Positions 1 to 8,739 of a stretch of 55,703 nucleotides of DNA are shown here, piece after piece. A program made the position numbers and the translations under genes. Each line of letters begins with the position of its first letter. The first letter of the stretch is position 1. The notes under the pieces are model-generated. The model searched no databases. It saw nothing but the letters and a program-made list of their open reading frames with translations, and was not told the origin of the DNA. Source of the DNA: a virus (lineage: Duplodnaviria; Caudoviricetes); IMG/VR virus record IMGVR_UViG_3300020156_000034, positions 1 to 55,703 of that record; one strand, 5' to 3'.

Positions 1-68
1 CTGAGTACAACCCCGCGCACCATGCCGAGGATTGCCCGCACGACTGGATCGAGAGAGGGGAGGCGTAG

Positions 69-257
69 ATGCGAGGGTTCTACAACTACTACGCGCCGAC
101 GGTTATCCCCTGCGAATGTGGCTCGAAGGAGCCGTACTGGCACGGACCAGAGGACGGAGACCGTCACTACTGCTGTGACCCCTGCTGGGCTGTGTCGAGC
201 CATAACCCGGAAGCGGTGCAGCATCCGAGCAAGGCGCCGACGAAGGGGGGGTGCTGA
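69..257 (+). CDS. Small Cys-rich hypothetical protein (possible Zn finger)
   Basis: GGAGG RBS; CECG...CCDPC; stop overlaps the next ATG (TGATG). Confidence 0.6.
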   Translation: MRGFYNYYAPTVIPCECGSKEPYWHGPEDGDRHYCCDPCWAVSSHNPEAVQHPSKAPTKGGC

Positions 258-481
258 TGCGCACCACCCTCGTGCTGCTCGTCCTGCTGGCGGTGGCGCT
301 CGGCTTCGTGCTCGGGCGCCGCTTCGCACCCATGCCGACGCTGGTCATCTGCGACAGCGTCTGGCCTGATCCGATCACCGACCCGCGCGATCCCTACCTG
401 CGCCACGTCATTCCTGCCGGGGACTGCGTGCTCGGCCCCTCGGTCCACGGTTCCCCGGTAGAAGTGAGGTTCATCGACTAA
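257..481 (+). CDS. Hypothetical protein with N-terminal membrane anchor
   Basis: MRTTLVLLVLLAVALGFVLGRR; translationally coupled to both neighbours. Confidence 0.65.
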   Translation: MRTTLVLLVLLAVALGFVLGRRFAPMPTLVICDSVWPDPITDPRDPYLRHVIPAGDCVLGPSVHGSPVEVRFID

Positions 482-1209
482 TGCCGAACCATGTGACAAC
501 GACGTTCACGATTGAAGGCCCGGCGGAGGATCTTGCCCGCTTCCGTGCGACGCACGTCATCGTCGTGGAGAAGAAAGGAGAATCCGACATCTTCCTGGAC
601 TTTCGGACTGTGATTCCGATGCCCGCCATTCTGGATGGGATCGTCAGCGGCAGCCGGACGGATCTGGCGGTGCAGTACATCACCGGGAAGCGACTGCACG
701 AGATCACCAACAACGAAACCGTGGCGAAGATCGCCGCGATGTTTCCGCCGCTTCCTGCCGAGGAGATGGAGCGGCGGTACAGCGGCTTGACGACCGAGGA
801 CCTCGCGATGGGCGCGCGCGCCCTGCAGGCGATCGAGGAAACAGGCCATCCCACCTGGTACGAGTGGTGCCTGGCGTCGTGGGGCACGAAGTGGAACAGC
901 TACAACTTCAGCATCGTGGACGACGGCCCCACCCGGTTCGTCTGCCGGTTCGATACGGCATGGAGCACACCGACGCCAGTCCTGACGAAGCTCGCCGAGC
1001 TTTACCCCGCGCTGCAGTTCACCTCCCACAGCTACGACGAGGGGGGCTACTTCGAGGCCCACGGGCAGGGGCTGCGAGGGCAGTTCGTCGAGCGTACCCA
1101 GGACCCAACGGACGTCGGCTACGAGTTGGCCTACGGGCGTCCTCCTGATCGTGACGATGACGACGAGGCCGAACAAGTAGACGCGGCCTCCAGAAGCGGG
1201 GAGGCGTAG
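481..1209 (+). CDS. DUF1281/YubB-like ferredoxin-fold protein
   Basis: MPNH start, WYEWC..WGTKWN and FDTAWSTP motifs, which are typical of this mobile-element family. Confidence 0.75.
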   Translation: MPNHVTTTFTIEGPAEDLARFRATHVIVVEKKGESDIFLDFRTVIPMPAILDGIVSGSRTDLAVQYITGKRLHEITNNETVAKIAAMFPPLPAEEMERRYSGLTTEDLAMGARALQAIEETGHPTWYEWCLASWGTKWNSYNFSIVDDGPTRFVCRFDTAWSTPTPVLTKLAELYPALQFTSHSYDEGGYFEAHGQGLRGQFVERTQDPTDVGYELAYGRPPDRDDDDEAEQVDAASRSGEA

Positions 1210-1458
1210 ATGGCCGTTGATTTCGGACACGACGAGAGCGCCGAGCTGCTGAACGACCGTGCGAAACGCCTGAAGTGGGCGAAGTTTTACGCGCAGCGGG
1301 CGGAGGCAGTGGCTAGATCCGCTGCGGCGAGCCTCGAAAGGATCGCGATGGGCGAGGGAACAGTAGTGGACCGCTGGCAAGTGGCCCGCGCGGTCAGGGG
1401 GTTGCGTTTGGCCGCTGACCGGATTGAGGTTCGAACGCTCAAGGGAGAAAGCCGATGA
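1210..1458 (+). CDS. Hypothetical protein
   Basis: GGAGG RBS; operonic packing. Confidence 0.65.
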   Translation: MAVDFGHDESAELLNDRAKRLKWAKFYAQRAEAVARSAAASLERIAMGEGTVVDRWQVARAVRGLRLAADRIEVRTLKGESR

Positions 1459-1697
1459 TCGTCTACATCCTGTTCCACGAGACGAACTGCGGCCACTCGG
1501 ATGAGAGCGACGGCTACGTCGAGGCGGTCTACGCGACCCAGGAAGCCGCGGAGGAGGCCCGTCTCGCGGCCATCCGGGAAGCCCGGGACCGCGGCGACGC
1601 CATCTACTACGACCCCGACACCGACGAGGAGTTCGCAGAGAGTTGGGAGCACGACTGGCGCGTCGAGGCACACCAGGTGATTGGAAGGGCAGAATGA
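1455..1697 (+). CDS. Hypothetical acidic phage protein
   Basis: ATGA overlap; GGAG RBS. Confidence 0.7.
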   Translation: MIVYILFHETNCGHSDESDGYVEAVYATQEAAEEARLAAIREARDRGDAIYYDPDTDEEFAESWEHDWRVEAHQVIGRAE

Positions 1698-2068
1698 GCA
1701 TCAAGATGCGGCAGAAGGTAGAGCGGGAGATCATCAGCGCCTTCGTGAAACAGGCACTCGCGGCTGGTTACCGCCTGTCCGTCAGCCTCGAGCGGGGCTT
1801 CGATCTCAAAGTCGGTGATCCCATGCTCGGCTCTACCGATGCGGACGCGCTCATTGAGGAGGCCATGGCCGGGGATGATGCGCACATCTTCGTCCACGCG
1901 GCTGACGGTCCGTTGAGGGATGAGAAGACCGGCTCGCTGGTGACCGTAGGCTGGGTCTACATCGTCCTGGGAAACGACGGGTGGGACGTGATCAGCGACT
2001 ACTCCATGGGTCTCGACAAGCTCGGACTGATGGCCGAGTCGGAAAGGATCTCGAAGGAATACGAATGA
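1694..2068 (+). CDS. Hypothetical phage protein
   Basis: ATG at 1694 overlaps the previous stop; GNDGWDVISDYS motif. Confidence 0.7.
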   Translation: MSIKMRQKVEREIISAFVKQALAAGYRLSVSLERGFDLKVGDPMLGSTDADALIEEAMAGDDAHIFVHAADGPLRDEKTGSLVTVGWVYIVLGNDGWDVISDYSMGLDKLGLMAESERISKEYE

Positions 2069-2280
2069 GCCCGGCGAAGCGTAAACGTCCGTATTCGCGA
2101 GACTTCGGCACCACCGGCCGCAAGGTCGATCTCACCGTCAGCGCCATCCCGGCGCGACTGCGCACGTCCGCCAGGGCGAAGGCGAAGCGGGAGCGGGTGA
2201 GCCTTCGGGCCACCCTGCTCCGATGGCTCGCCAACTGGACCGCCGGACGCCGTCCTGACGAAGACGCACCATCGAATTGA
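2065..2280 (+). CDS. Small basic protein, possible ribbon-helix-helix regulator
   Basis: ATGA overlap; pattern LTVSAIPARLRTSARAKAKRERVSLRATLLRWL. Confidence 0.55.
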   Translation: MSPAKRKRPYSRDFGTTGRKVDLTVSAIPARLRTSARAKAKRERVSLRATLLRWLANWTAGRRPDEDAPSN

Positions 2281-2351
2281 CGAGCCAGCACGATCCGTCT
2301 ACACTGGCACCTTATCCGGGAATCTGAGGGGTAAGGAAATCAGGTCTCACA

Positions 2352-2360
2352 GCCGGGCGG
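2352..2360 (+). promoter_or_regulatory. GCCGGGCGG late-gene upstream motif, copy 1 (in a hairpin that covers the GTG start)
   Basis: Same 9-mer at 8717, 23957, 24628 and 40302, each 23-27 nt before a start codon. Confidence 0.55.
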
Positions 2361-2378
2361 CCGAAAGACCGACCGGCT

Positions 2379-2948
2379 GTGCAGCACTTTCAGGACAGCT
2401 TCAGTCTCGCTGAGGAGCCCCAGCGCATCGCGCGCCGGCTGATTGCGGAGGATCCGCAGTTCCCCCACCTCAAAGAGGCCGATCCGCTACTCGCGGTGCT
2501 CTTCTCGCAGATGGAAGTCAGGCTGCATGGGGCTCGCGCGGCGGCGATCGTGGCGCTCCCGAAGGTGCAGGGGACCTTCCGCAACCTCTTCGAGTTCCTG
2601 GTAGCTGCGTTCGTGGCCCCGCTCTGTGGGTGGCACGATCCCGACTTCATCATCGTGGTCGACGCGGCGATCTGGCAATCCCTCGACGCTGAACGCCGCG
2701 AGCGCCTCATCTTCCATGAGCTGTGTCACGTGGTCGCGAAAGAGGACGAGTTTGGGGTGATGCGCCGCGACAAGGAGTCCGGTAAACCCCTGCTGAAGCT
2801 GGTGCCACATGACGTCGAAGTCTTCCACGCCGAAATCATCAAATACGGGCCGGAAGTCTGCGAACTCGAAACGGCGTGCGAAGCGATCGTCGAAGGCGCC
2901 GCGCAAGCGAAGCGCCGCCGCTTCAAAGTCATCGGCAAAGCATCCTGA
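2379..2948 (+). CDS. Putative phage metallopeptidase
   Basis: HELCH (HExxH) and HDVEVF..IIKYG motifs; located just before the terminase genes. Confidence 0.8.
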   Translation: MQHFQDSFSLAEEPQRIARRLIAEDPQFPHLKEADPLLAVLFSQMEVRLHGARAAAIVALPKVQGTFRNLFEFLVAAFVAPLCGWHDPDFIIVVDAAIWQSLDAERRERLIFHELCHVVAKEDEFGVMRRDKESGKPLLKLVPHDVEVFHAEIIKYGPEVCELETACEAIVEGAAQAKRRRFKVIGKAS

Positions 2949-2964
2949 TCCGCCCTCCCAGGCG

Positions 2965-3465
2965 TTGACGACGGTTGACCAGGCCGCAGACCCCACCACG
3001 CCGACCGTCAGCCCCCGCTGGCGCGTGATCCAACGCGCCGTCTACACCTTGATCGACGAGGGAAAACAGCCCACGCAGGCCAATCTGGCGGTGCAGCTGG
3101 GCGTCTCGCGCCAGGCAATCTGGAAGTTCTTTCGCAGTCAACCCGAGTTCCTGAAGTGGCTGGACGACCAGATGCGGGCCGAGAACGAGGCCCTGATCGG
3201 CCCCCTGGCGCGCCGGATGTTCAACATTGGGATGCAGGGCAGCGTGCCGCACGCGGATATGTTCGCGAAGCTCGTCACGGGGCACTACACGCGCAACCTG
3301 GGCTCGCAGCTGCCGGGCGGCGACGCACCCTCTCAGACCAACTTCCAGATGAACTTCCTGATCCCTCGGCCGGAGTATCCGGAGGCGCCTGGCCAGGCCG
3401 CGCTGCCGGCGGTGCGCGAGGCGATTCCCGGCATGGTCATTCCGAACGTGGCGGTGAACCGGTGA
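2965..3465 (+). CDS. HTH protein, probable terminase small subunit
   Basis: HTH PTQANLAVQLGVSRQAIWKF; upstream of TerL; TTG start is uncertain. Confidence 0.6.
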   Translation: MTTVDQAADPTTPTVSPRWRVIQRAVYTLIDEGKQPTQANLAVQLGVSRQAIWKFFRSQPEFLKWLDDQMRAENEALIGPLARRMFNIGMQGSVPHADMFAKLVTGHYTRNLGSQLPGGDAPSQTNFQMNFLIPRPEYPEAPGQAALPAVREAIPGMVIPNVAVNR

Positions 3466-3782
3466 CTGACAACTCCAAATCCTTAATCGAGAACCCGAAA
3501 TCACCGGCCGTCCGCCAGGACGTTACCCCGCCCGGCACGTCGCCGACGGCGGCCGGTGTCTTCCGGGAGGCGATCGACCGGCAGATGGACCCGCTCCTCG
3601 AGCGGCCGGTGCACGGGATCGAGGCGGCGGCGGGTGTCGTGAACGGCCAGGGTGTGGTGGAAGGGCAGGTGAGTGTGGCGACGAAGAAGGCGGGCACGTT
3701 CGCGCTGTGGGGCCAGGCCGCGACTGGTTTCGGCTACACCGTCATGGCGAAGTGGCGCAAGACGTTCGGCGGTGGCAAGTGA
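3462..3782 (+). CDS. Hypothetical protein
   Basis: GTGA overlaps at both ends. Confidence 0.6.
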   Translation: MTDNSKSLIENPKSPAVRQDVTPPGTSPTAAGVFREAIDRQMDPLLERPVHGIEAAAGVVNGQGVVEGQVSVATKKAGTFALWGQAATGFGYTVMAKWRKTFGGGK

Positions 3783-4858
3783 AGGCGGCGGAAGTCGAGA
3801 TTCACATGCCGGGGTGTCGTGTGCGCGGTGGTGGCCGCTGCACGTGCGATTGGGCCGAAATCGAGGAAAAACGGGCCAACGAGCGAAATTCGACCGCACA
3901 GGAGGCTCGTAGAGCGACGATCGCAACGTCGCCCATACCCCAGCACCCCCCGTTTGACGAGGAAATCGCCCGCATGGAAGGGGAGGGAGGGGAACCGCGG
4001 GACGGTGGTGCAGCGGCCAGCACTCCGGTCTCCAAAACCGGCGACGCGGGTTCGACTCCCGCCCGTCCCGCCACATCCTTCATGATCCGCAACACCCTCT
4101 ACGGCTTCAATCCCGAGCGGTGGCGCAGCGCGGCACGCCCGTTCGTGCTGCGCGGCGACGTCGTTAATCACCACGCGGACGAGCCGTTGTTCGCGCCGCA
4201 CCCGAAGCAGGTCGCGTTCTTCGAGGGCGACGCGCCGAGGATCTTCCCGAACTATCCGCCGTCGGGCCGCCCCGTCGAGGAGCTGCCAAAGCATCAGCGC
4301 CGGCAGTATGGCGGCCGATCCGTCCGCCAGTGGTTTCGCGAGATGCGGGCCGAGGAGTTCGCCCAGGCAGTGGACTACCTGGAGTTCAGCATCCTCGGCG
4401 GCAGGTGGCGAAACGGCGTGCCGTGGACGCTGTTCGACACGCAGGCCGTGATCGAGCGCGAGACCGCTGCGCACTACTCACCGGAGCCGGACGAGTTCGC
4501 ATACTTCGTAGACGCGTCAGGGCTTCCAACCGCTCGCGAGCTGTGGAACCACTCGGGCCGGTCTGGCCGCTACGACATCCACCGGGAGGTGATCCAGCTC
4601 TTCGCCGCGCATCCGGGGGACTACAAGGTGGTACGTTCGCGCCGGTGCTACGCAGGCCGTCCCGCGGGAACCATGTGGAGAGTGCGCCGCGATCGCGTGA
4701 TGGACCCGAAGGCGTTCACGGTGATCGGAACCGACGATCCGGGCGGCCGCTGCAAACCAGAGTACTGGTCGCTTCCCCGGCTCGAGGACCACGAGCGGCT
4801 GTGTGATGAGCCTGACCGCGAAGGCGGCGGCATCCTCGGAGGGACAGGGAGATGGTAA
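3779..4858 (+). CDS. Hypothetical protein; frame reads through tRNA-Trp (alternative start ATG 4082)
   Basis: GTG coupled to the upstream stop; no stop until 4858. Confidence 0.5.
   Translation: MKAAEVEIHMPGCRVRGGGRCTCDWAEIEEKRANERNSTAQEARRATIATSPIPQHPPFDEEIARMEGEGGEPRDGGAAASTPVSKTGDAGSTPARPATSFMIRNTLYGFNPERWRSAARPFVLRGDVVNHHADEPLFAPHPKQVAFFEGDAPRIFPNYPPSGRPVEELPKHQRRQYGGRSVRQWFREMRAEEFAQAVDYLEFSILGGRWRNGVPWTLFDTQAVIERETAAHYSPEPDEFAYFVDASGLPTARELWNHSGRSGRYDIHREVIQLFAAHPGDYKVVRSRRCYAGRPAGTMWRVRRDRVMDPKAFTVIGTDDPGGRCKPEYWSLPRLEDHERLCDEPDREGGGILGGTGRW
3999..4073 (+). tRNA. tRNA-Trp(CCA)
   Basis: Acceptor GGGACGG/CCGTCCC+G+CCA; D stem GTGC/GCAC; anticodon arm CCGGT-CTCCAAA-ACCGG; T arm GCGGG-TTCGACT-CCCGC. 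Confidence 0.9.
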
Positions 4859-5166
4859 AGACCATCCGCCACGCGATCGCCCACCTGCTCGGCCTGGCGC
4901 CCGCGAGCTGGCACGTCATGTTCGACGGCACCGGCACGCCGTTCTGCCGCGTCCAGTTCTGCGAGACGTGCTTCGCGCCCCTGGCGGTGGCACCGCTCAA
5001 TCTGTCGAAGCGCGAGCCCGCGCGGTTCGAGCCGGTGGCGCTGGCGCCTGGTATCGGTCAGCTCCGCCCGATCGAGCCGCCACGCCGGCCGACGGTGGCC
5101 GACGTCGGCGCATTCCTCCGGGGAGATCCCGCATCCGTAGGTGCGGGCCGTGGTCGCGAGGGGTAG
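4852..5166 (+). CDS. Hypothetical protein (CxxC)
   Basis: Purine-rich RBS; CRVQFCETC. Confidence 0.55.
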   Translation: MVKTIRHAIAHLLGLAPASWHVMFDGTGTPFCRVQFCETCFAPLAVAPLNLSKREPARFEPVALAPGIGQLRPIEPPRRPTVADVGAFLRGDPASVGAGRGREG

Positions 5167-6811
5167 CAAGGCGCAGCTGATCCCGAGGGAGATCACCTTC
5201 GGGTACAAGAGCAAGGCCACTGGCCAATGGTGCGGGCCCCAGCCGAAACAGGCGCTCGCGCACGTCTGCCTCGCGGATCACCTCTTCTACGGCGGCGCCG
5301 CGTTCGGCGGCAAGTCCGAGTTCGCGATCGTCGAAGCGATCACCACCTGTCTCAGCCGCCCTGGCTGCGAAGTCGCCATCTTCCGCCGCAAGCACACCGA
5401 GCTGAAGAAATCGCTGATCCCCCGCTTCATGCGGCTCGTGCCGCGCTGGATGGCGAAGTTCAACAAGCAGGATATGTGCGCCGTGTTCTTCAACGGCTCG
5501 ATCCTGTGGTTCTGCCATTGCCAGCACGAGGACAGCGTCTACACCTACCAGTCGGCCGAATGGCTGCTCCTCATCATCGACGAGGCGTCGCACTTCACCG
5601 AGTTTCAGGTCGATTACCTCATCACCCGCGTGCGCACGTCCGTTCCGGGGTGGCGAACGCGTGTCATCTTCACCTCGAACCCGGGGAACGTCGGCCACGG
5701 CTGGCTGAAACGGCGCTTCGTGCGGCCGACCGCCGCGGAGCTGGGGAACCGGCCGCCCCCCGCGCCGATGGAGGTCTGGCGACCGCTCAAGACGGACCCG
5801 GCCGACCCGACACCGCCCGAGCACGTGAAGACGCGGTGCTTCATCCCGGCCCGCTCCGAGGACAATCCCGCCGGCATGGAGGCGGACCCGACGTACATGG
5901 CGGGCGTCTGGGCGCTCGGCGGGGACAAGGCGAAGCAGCTCGCCCTGGGCGATTGGGACGCGAACGATTCGATGATCGTCGGCCCCGACTGGCGCGCGAA
6001 CCACCTCGTGACCGAGGGTGACACGCTGCTGCTGCACCAGGGCGTGCCGCTGCACACGCTGCTCGACTGGCACGTCGTGAACAAGCCCGATTGGAAGCCG
6101 CCGGCCGGCGCGACGATCTTCGGCTCCGTCGATTACGGCTACGGCGCGCCCTGGTCGTTCCACCTCCACGCGGTGTTTCGCTCGGCCACCGGGAGCACGC
6201 ACACCAGGACGTTCTTCGAGTACTACAAGGCCAAGGTCCGCGACGTCGACCAGGCGCGCCTGATCCGCGAGGCGATCGTGCGGCTCATGGCGTCGAAGGC
6301 GGAGGGTGGCTGCTCGATGGAGAAGCCTACGTGGATCGTCGGGGACCCCGCCATGTGGAACAGCCGTGCGGAAATGGGGATCTCGAAGTCGATCGCGGAG
6401 GTCTACACCGATGAACTCGTGAAGATCGGCGTCGGCTTCATGCCGGGCGCGAAGGGGCGCGGCGCGCGCGTCTCGAGGCCGCAGCGGTGGAAGGATGCGC
6501 TGTCCACCGGCGAGGATGGACTCCCGCGCTGGTCCGTCACCACCGCCTGTCCGCACCTGATTCGCACCGTGCCCGAGATCCCCTGGGACGAGGATGATCC
6601 GGAAGTGGAGGACGGCGAGTCCGAGAACCACGCCTATGAGGGCGTCGGCCGGTTCTTCGAGGCGCGGCCGTTCGCCGCGCGCGCGGCGGCGCCGGATCCC
6701 TACAAGGATCTCAGCGACGATCCGATCTCGAAGGCGCACGCTGAGGCGCTGGCGAAGCGGGCGAGCCCGACGCCGAAGGTGCTCGACATAACCGGCATGA
6801 TCGTCACCTAA
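5141..6811 (+). CDS. terL: Terminase large subunit
   Basis: Q motif PQPKQ, Walker A GGAAFGGKS, Walker B LLIIDEASHF, TSNPG, nuclease motif SVDYGYG. Confidence 0.93.
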   Translation: MRAVVARGSKAQLIPREITFGYKSKATGQWCGPQPKQALAHVCLADHLFYGGAAFGGKSEFAIVEAITTCLSRPGCEVAIFRRKHTELKKSLIPRFMRLVPRWMAKFNKQDMCAVFFNGSILWFCHCQHEDSVYTYQSAEWLLLIIDEASHFTEFQVDYLITRVRTSVPGWRTRVIFTSNPGNVGHGWLKRRFVRPTAAELGNRPPPAPMEVWRPLKTDPADPTPPEHVKTRCFIPARSEDNPAGMEADPTYMAGVWALGGDKAKQLALGDWDANDSMIVGPDWRANHLVTEGDTLLLHQGVPLHTLLDWHVVNKPDWKPPAGATIFGSVDYGYGAPWSFHLHAVFRSATGSTHTRTFFEYYKAKVRDVDQARLIREAIVRLMASKAEGGCSMEKPTWIVGDPAMWNSRAEMGISKSIAEVYTDELVKIGVGFMPGAKGRGARVSRPQRWKDALSTGEDGLPRWSVTTACPHLIRTVPEIPWDEDDPEVEDGESENHAYEGVGRFFEARPFAARAAAPDPYKDLSDDPISKAHAEALAKRASPTPKVLDITGMIVT

Positions 6812-7014
6812 GCGTGGATCGACCGTTCGCCCGAGGGCAGGTGCTGGCGCAGCATCTCCGCGGCGAGGTCGTTCACCTGGTTCGGCGGGCAGTTCTCCAG
6901 CTGGCGCTTGATGTCCATCTTGAGCTTCCACCAGCGGTATTCGGTCTGGCGGGTGCGCGCGCGGAGCAGGTTGCGTGCGATGTAGCGATCGAGGGCTTTG
7001 ACAGCGGCGTCCAT
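6808..7014 (-). CDS. Hypothetical protein, antisense to the late operon
   Basis: MDAAVKALDRYIARNLL... looks like a helical protein; convergent stop overlaps the terL stop; start uncertain. Confidence 0.5.
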   Translation of the reverse strand: MDAAVKALDRYIARNLLRARTRQTEYRWWKLKMDIKRQLENCPPNQVNDLAAEMLRQHLPSGERSIHA

Positions 7015-7223
7015 GGGCGTCCCGTCCTGCCAGGCGAGTGGGTAACGGGCTGCGCCGTGATACGAAACGCAGCCGTTCCCGATTACATGCCCATCTGTCC
7101 GGAAAGCGGACGGAAGTTGCCCGGCGGTCACGGTTTGAGCAGGAACCGTGCCGCCGCGACACCTATATGTTGCGTTCGCGTCAGAAATATGCACAATGGT
7201 GTCTCGACTCAGCCTTTCCCAAT

Positions 7224-7472
7224 ATGGACCCACGAGAACGCGCCACGGCCGTTGCTCTCGCTGATCGAGAGGGCTTCCGGACCTTCCGGAAGACTGCCCT
7301 GACATCTGCGCGCCGGATGGACGTCGCCTTCGCCGTCGAGACACCACACGGCGTCGTCGAGGGCAAGCCCGGCGATTATCTGTGCCTGGACGTTATGGGC
7401 AAGCCCTATCCCTGCGATGCCGAGACGTTCGAACGCTCCCACACCGAATCTGTCGAAGGAGACACCTACTGA
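7224..7472 (+). CDS. PGDYG-like small phage protein
   Basis: ETPHGVVEGKPGDYLCLDVMGKPYPCDAETFERS motif. Confidence 0.65.
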   Translation: MDPRERATAVALADREGFRTFRKTALTSARRMDVAFAVETPHGVVEGKPGDYLCLDVMGKPYPCDAETFERSHTESVEGDTY

Positions 7473-7972
7473 TGGGCGCCGGCGCCAACGTGACCCGCAA
7501 ACGCGTCGTGGACCTCGCGGAAGAGTGCCTGAAGCGCACGAACCTGTGCATTTCGGACCTCTCGAAGCTGAACGCGTCGCACAACGCGCTCGCGAACAAG
7601 ACCGGCGCTGACATCGAGAAGATCGAGCAGCGCGTGACGGGCGCCTCGGCGTGGTGCCAGCGGACCGAGAACAGCCTGACGAACCACATGGGCGCTCAGG
7701 CGCTCGTGGACCAGGAGCTCGCCGCGGAGATCGCGACGCTCCGGTCCGATCTGGTGTGGTTCGGGCGGCACCTGACCCGCTGGCAGCGGTTCCGCTGGCT
7801 GTGGACAGGGAAGGTTCCGGTCAACGCCATCGCAGCGCAGGAGCGGAGGGATCGCGAGGCGTACGCTGCGCGCTTCGCCAAGACGACGTCGCCGGCGCCG
7901 GAGAAGACGGTCCACCGGACGGATAGCGTCCCGTCCTACTCGCCGAACGCGGCGCACAGGCCCATTCCGTGA
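7472..7972 (+). CDS. Hypothetical coiled-coil protein
   Basis: GGAG RBS; TGATG coupling. Confidence 0.65.
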   Translation: MGAGANVTRKRVVDLAEECLKRTNLCISDLSKLNASHNALANKTGADIEKIEQRVTGASAWCQRTENSLTNHMGAQALVDQELAAEIATLRSDLVWFGRHLTRWQRFRWLWTGKVPVNAIAAQERRDREAYAARFAKTTSPAPEKTVHRTDSVPSYSPNAAHRPIP

Positions 7973-8259
7973 GCTGGCTACGCCTCCTCCTGCCGTTCAT
8001 CACCCGCGGCATGCACGCCGCGAAGATCGAGCGTCTCGAGGACCGGATCGCGCACCTCGAAGGCCAGGTGGCGACCCTCACGGAGGAGCGGAACTACTGG
8101 CGGACGCGCGGCGAACGCCTGATGGATGCTGCCCTGGCGCGCGCGGGCGCGATCCACGAGCCGACGATGGTGAACAAGCCGCCGGCGCCGCCGGTGAGTG
8201 CCGCGGCGCTCCTGACGTCGGCGCTGGGGATCAGCGAGATTGAGTCGGGGAGGTCCTGA
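7969..8259 (+). CDS. Hypothetical coiled-coil protein
   Basis: GTGA coupling; heptad pattern. Confidence 0.65.
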   Translation: MSWLRLLLPFITRGMHAAKIERLEDRIAHLEGQVATLTEERNYWRTRGERLMDAALARAGAIHEPTMVNKPPAPPVSAAALLTSALGISEIESGRS

Positions 8260-8459
8260 TGGCGGCGGTCGTGTGGAACACGGTGCCGGAGATTCAGCGG
8301 TCCTACGGGACGCTGGCGGCCGCGATCGAGCGGTATCTCGACGGGGACATGCCGGTGGAGCAGCAGGTCGCCATCGAGCGGGTGGTGGATCCGGCGCTGA
8401 TTGCGGCGATCGCGCAGACGCGGTTGCTCAAGCGGTTGGTCCAGGGGCTGGGCTGTTGA
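8259..8459 (+). CDS. Hypothetical protein
   Basis: GGAGG RBS; TGATG coupling. Confidence 0.6.
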   Translation: MAAVVWNTVPEIQRSYGTLAAAIERYLDGDMPVEQQVAIERVVDPALIAAIAQTRLLKRLVQGLGC

Positions 8460-8465
8460 AAGTGA

Positions 8466-8541
8466 CGCGACGTGGAGCAGTGGTCAGCTCGTCCGGCTCA
8501 TAACCGGGAGGTCGCAGGTTCGAGTCCTGCCGTCGCAACCA
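8466..8541 (+). tRNA. tRNA-Met(CAT), initiator type
   Basis: Full cloverleaf with encoded CCA; C1xA72 mismatch; A11:U24 pair; anticodon loop CTCATAA. Confidence 0.92.
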
Positions 8542-8714
8542 GTTCGAGAACTTCGCAGGAGGATCCGCGCTTCGATCCTGCGTCTGTCGGGCGAGGGGGC
8601 GTCGCGCGGCGCTGATCCGAAGATCAACCCTCGGTCGAGCCAACATCTTGGCGGGTTCCGATGCCCCGCTCGTGAGCATCGGTGGTTGCGGGGCGTAGCG
8701 TAGACACCACGAAC
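8542..8714 (+). ncRNA. Candidate structured RNA between tRNA-fMet and the portal gene
   Basis: Closing stem GTTCG/CGAAC encloses several hairpins (see findings). Confidence 0.35.
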
Positions 8715-8716
8715 AA

Positions 8717-8725
8717 GCCGGGCGG
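8717..8725 (+). promoter_or_regulatory. GCCGGGCGG motif, copy 2
   Basis: Begins 23 nt before the portal GTG at 8740. Confidence 0.55.
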
Positions 8726-8739
8726 GTTTGGTCGGGTGC

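Noticed and set aside
3312-3320. Extra GCCGGGCGG inside the TerS-like CDS, and a reverse copy at 11240-11248
   Set aside because: Not at the conserved distance from a start codon; chance copies are expected at this GC content
4183-4230. PLFAPHPKQVAFF resembling a terminase Q motif
   Set aside because: No Walker A/B follows; too short to call a terminase relic
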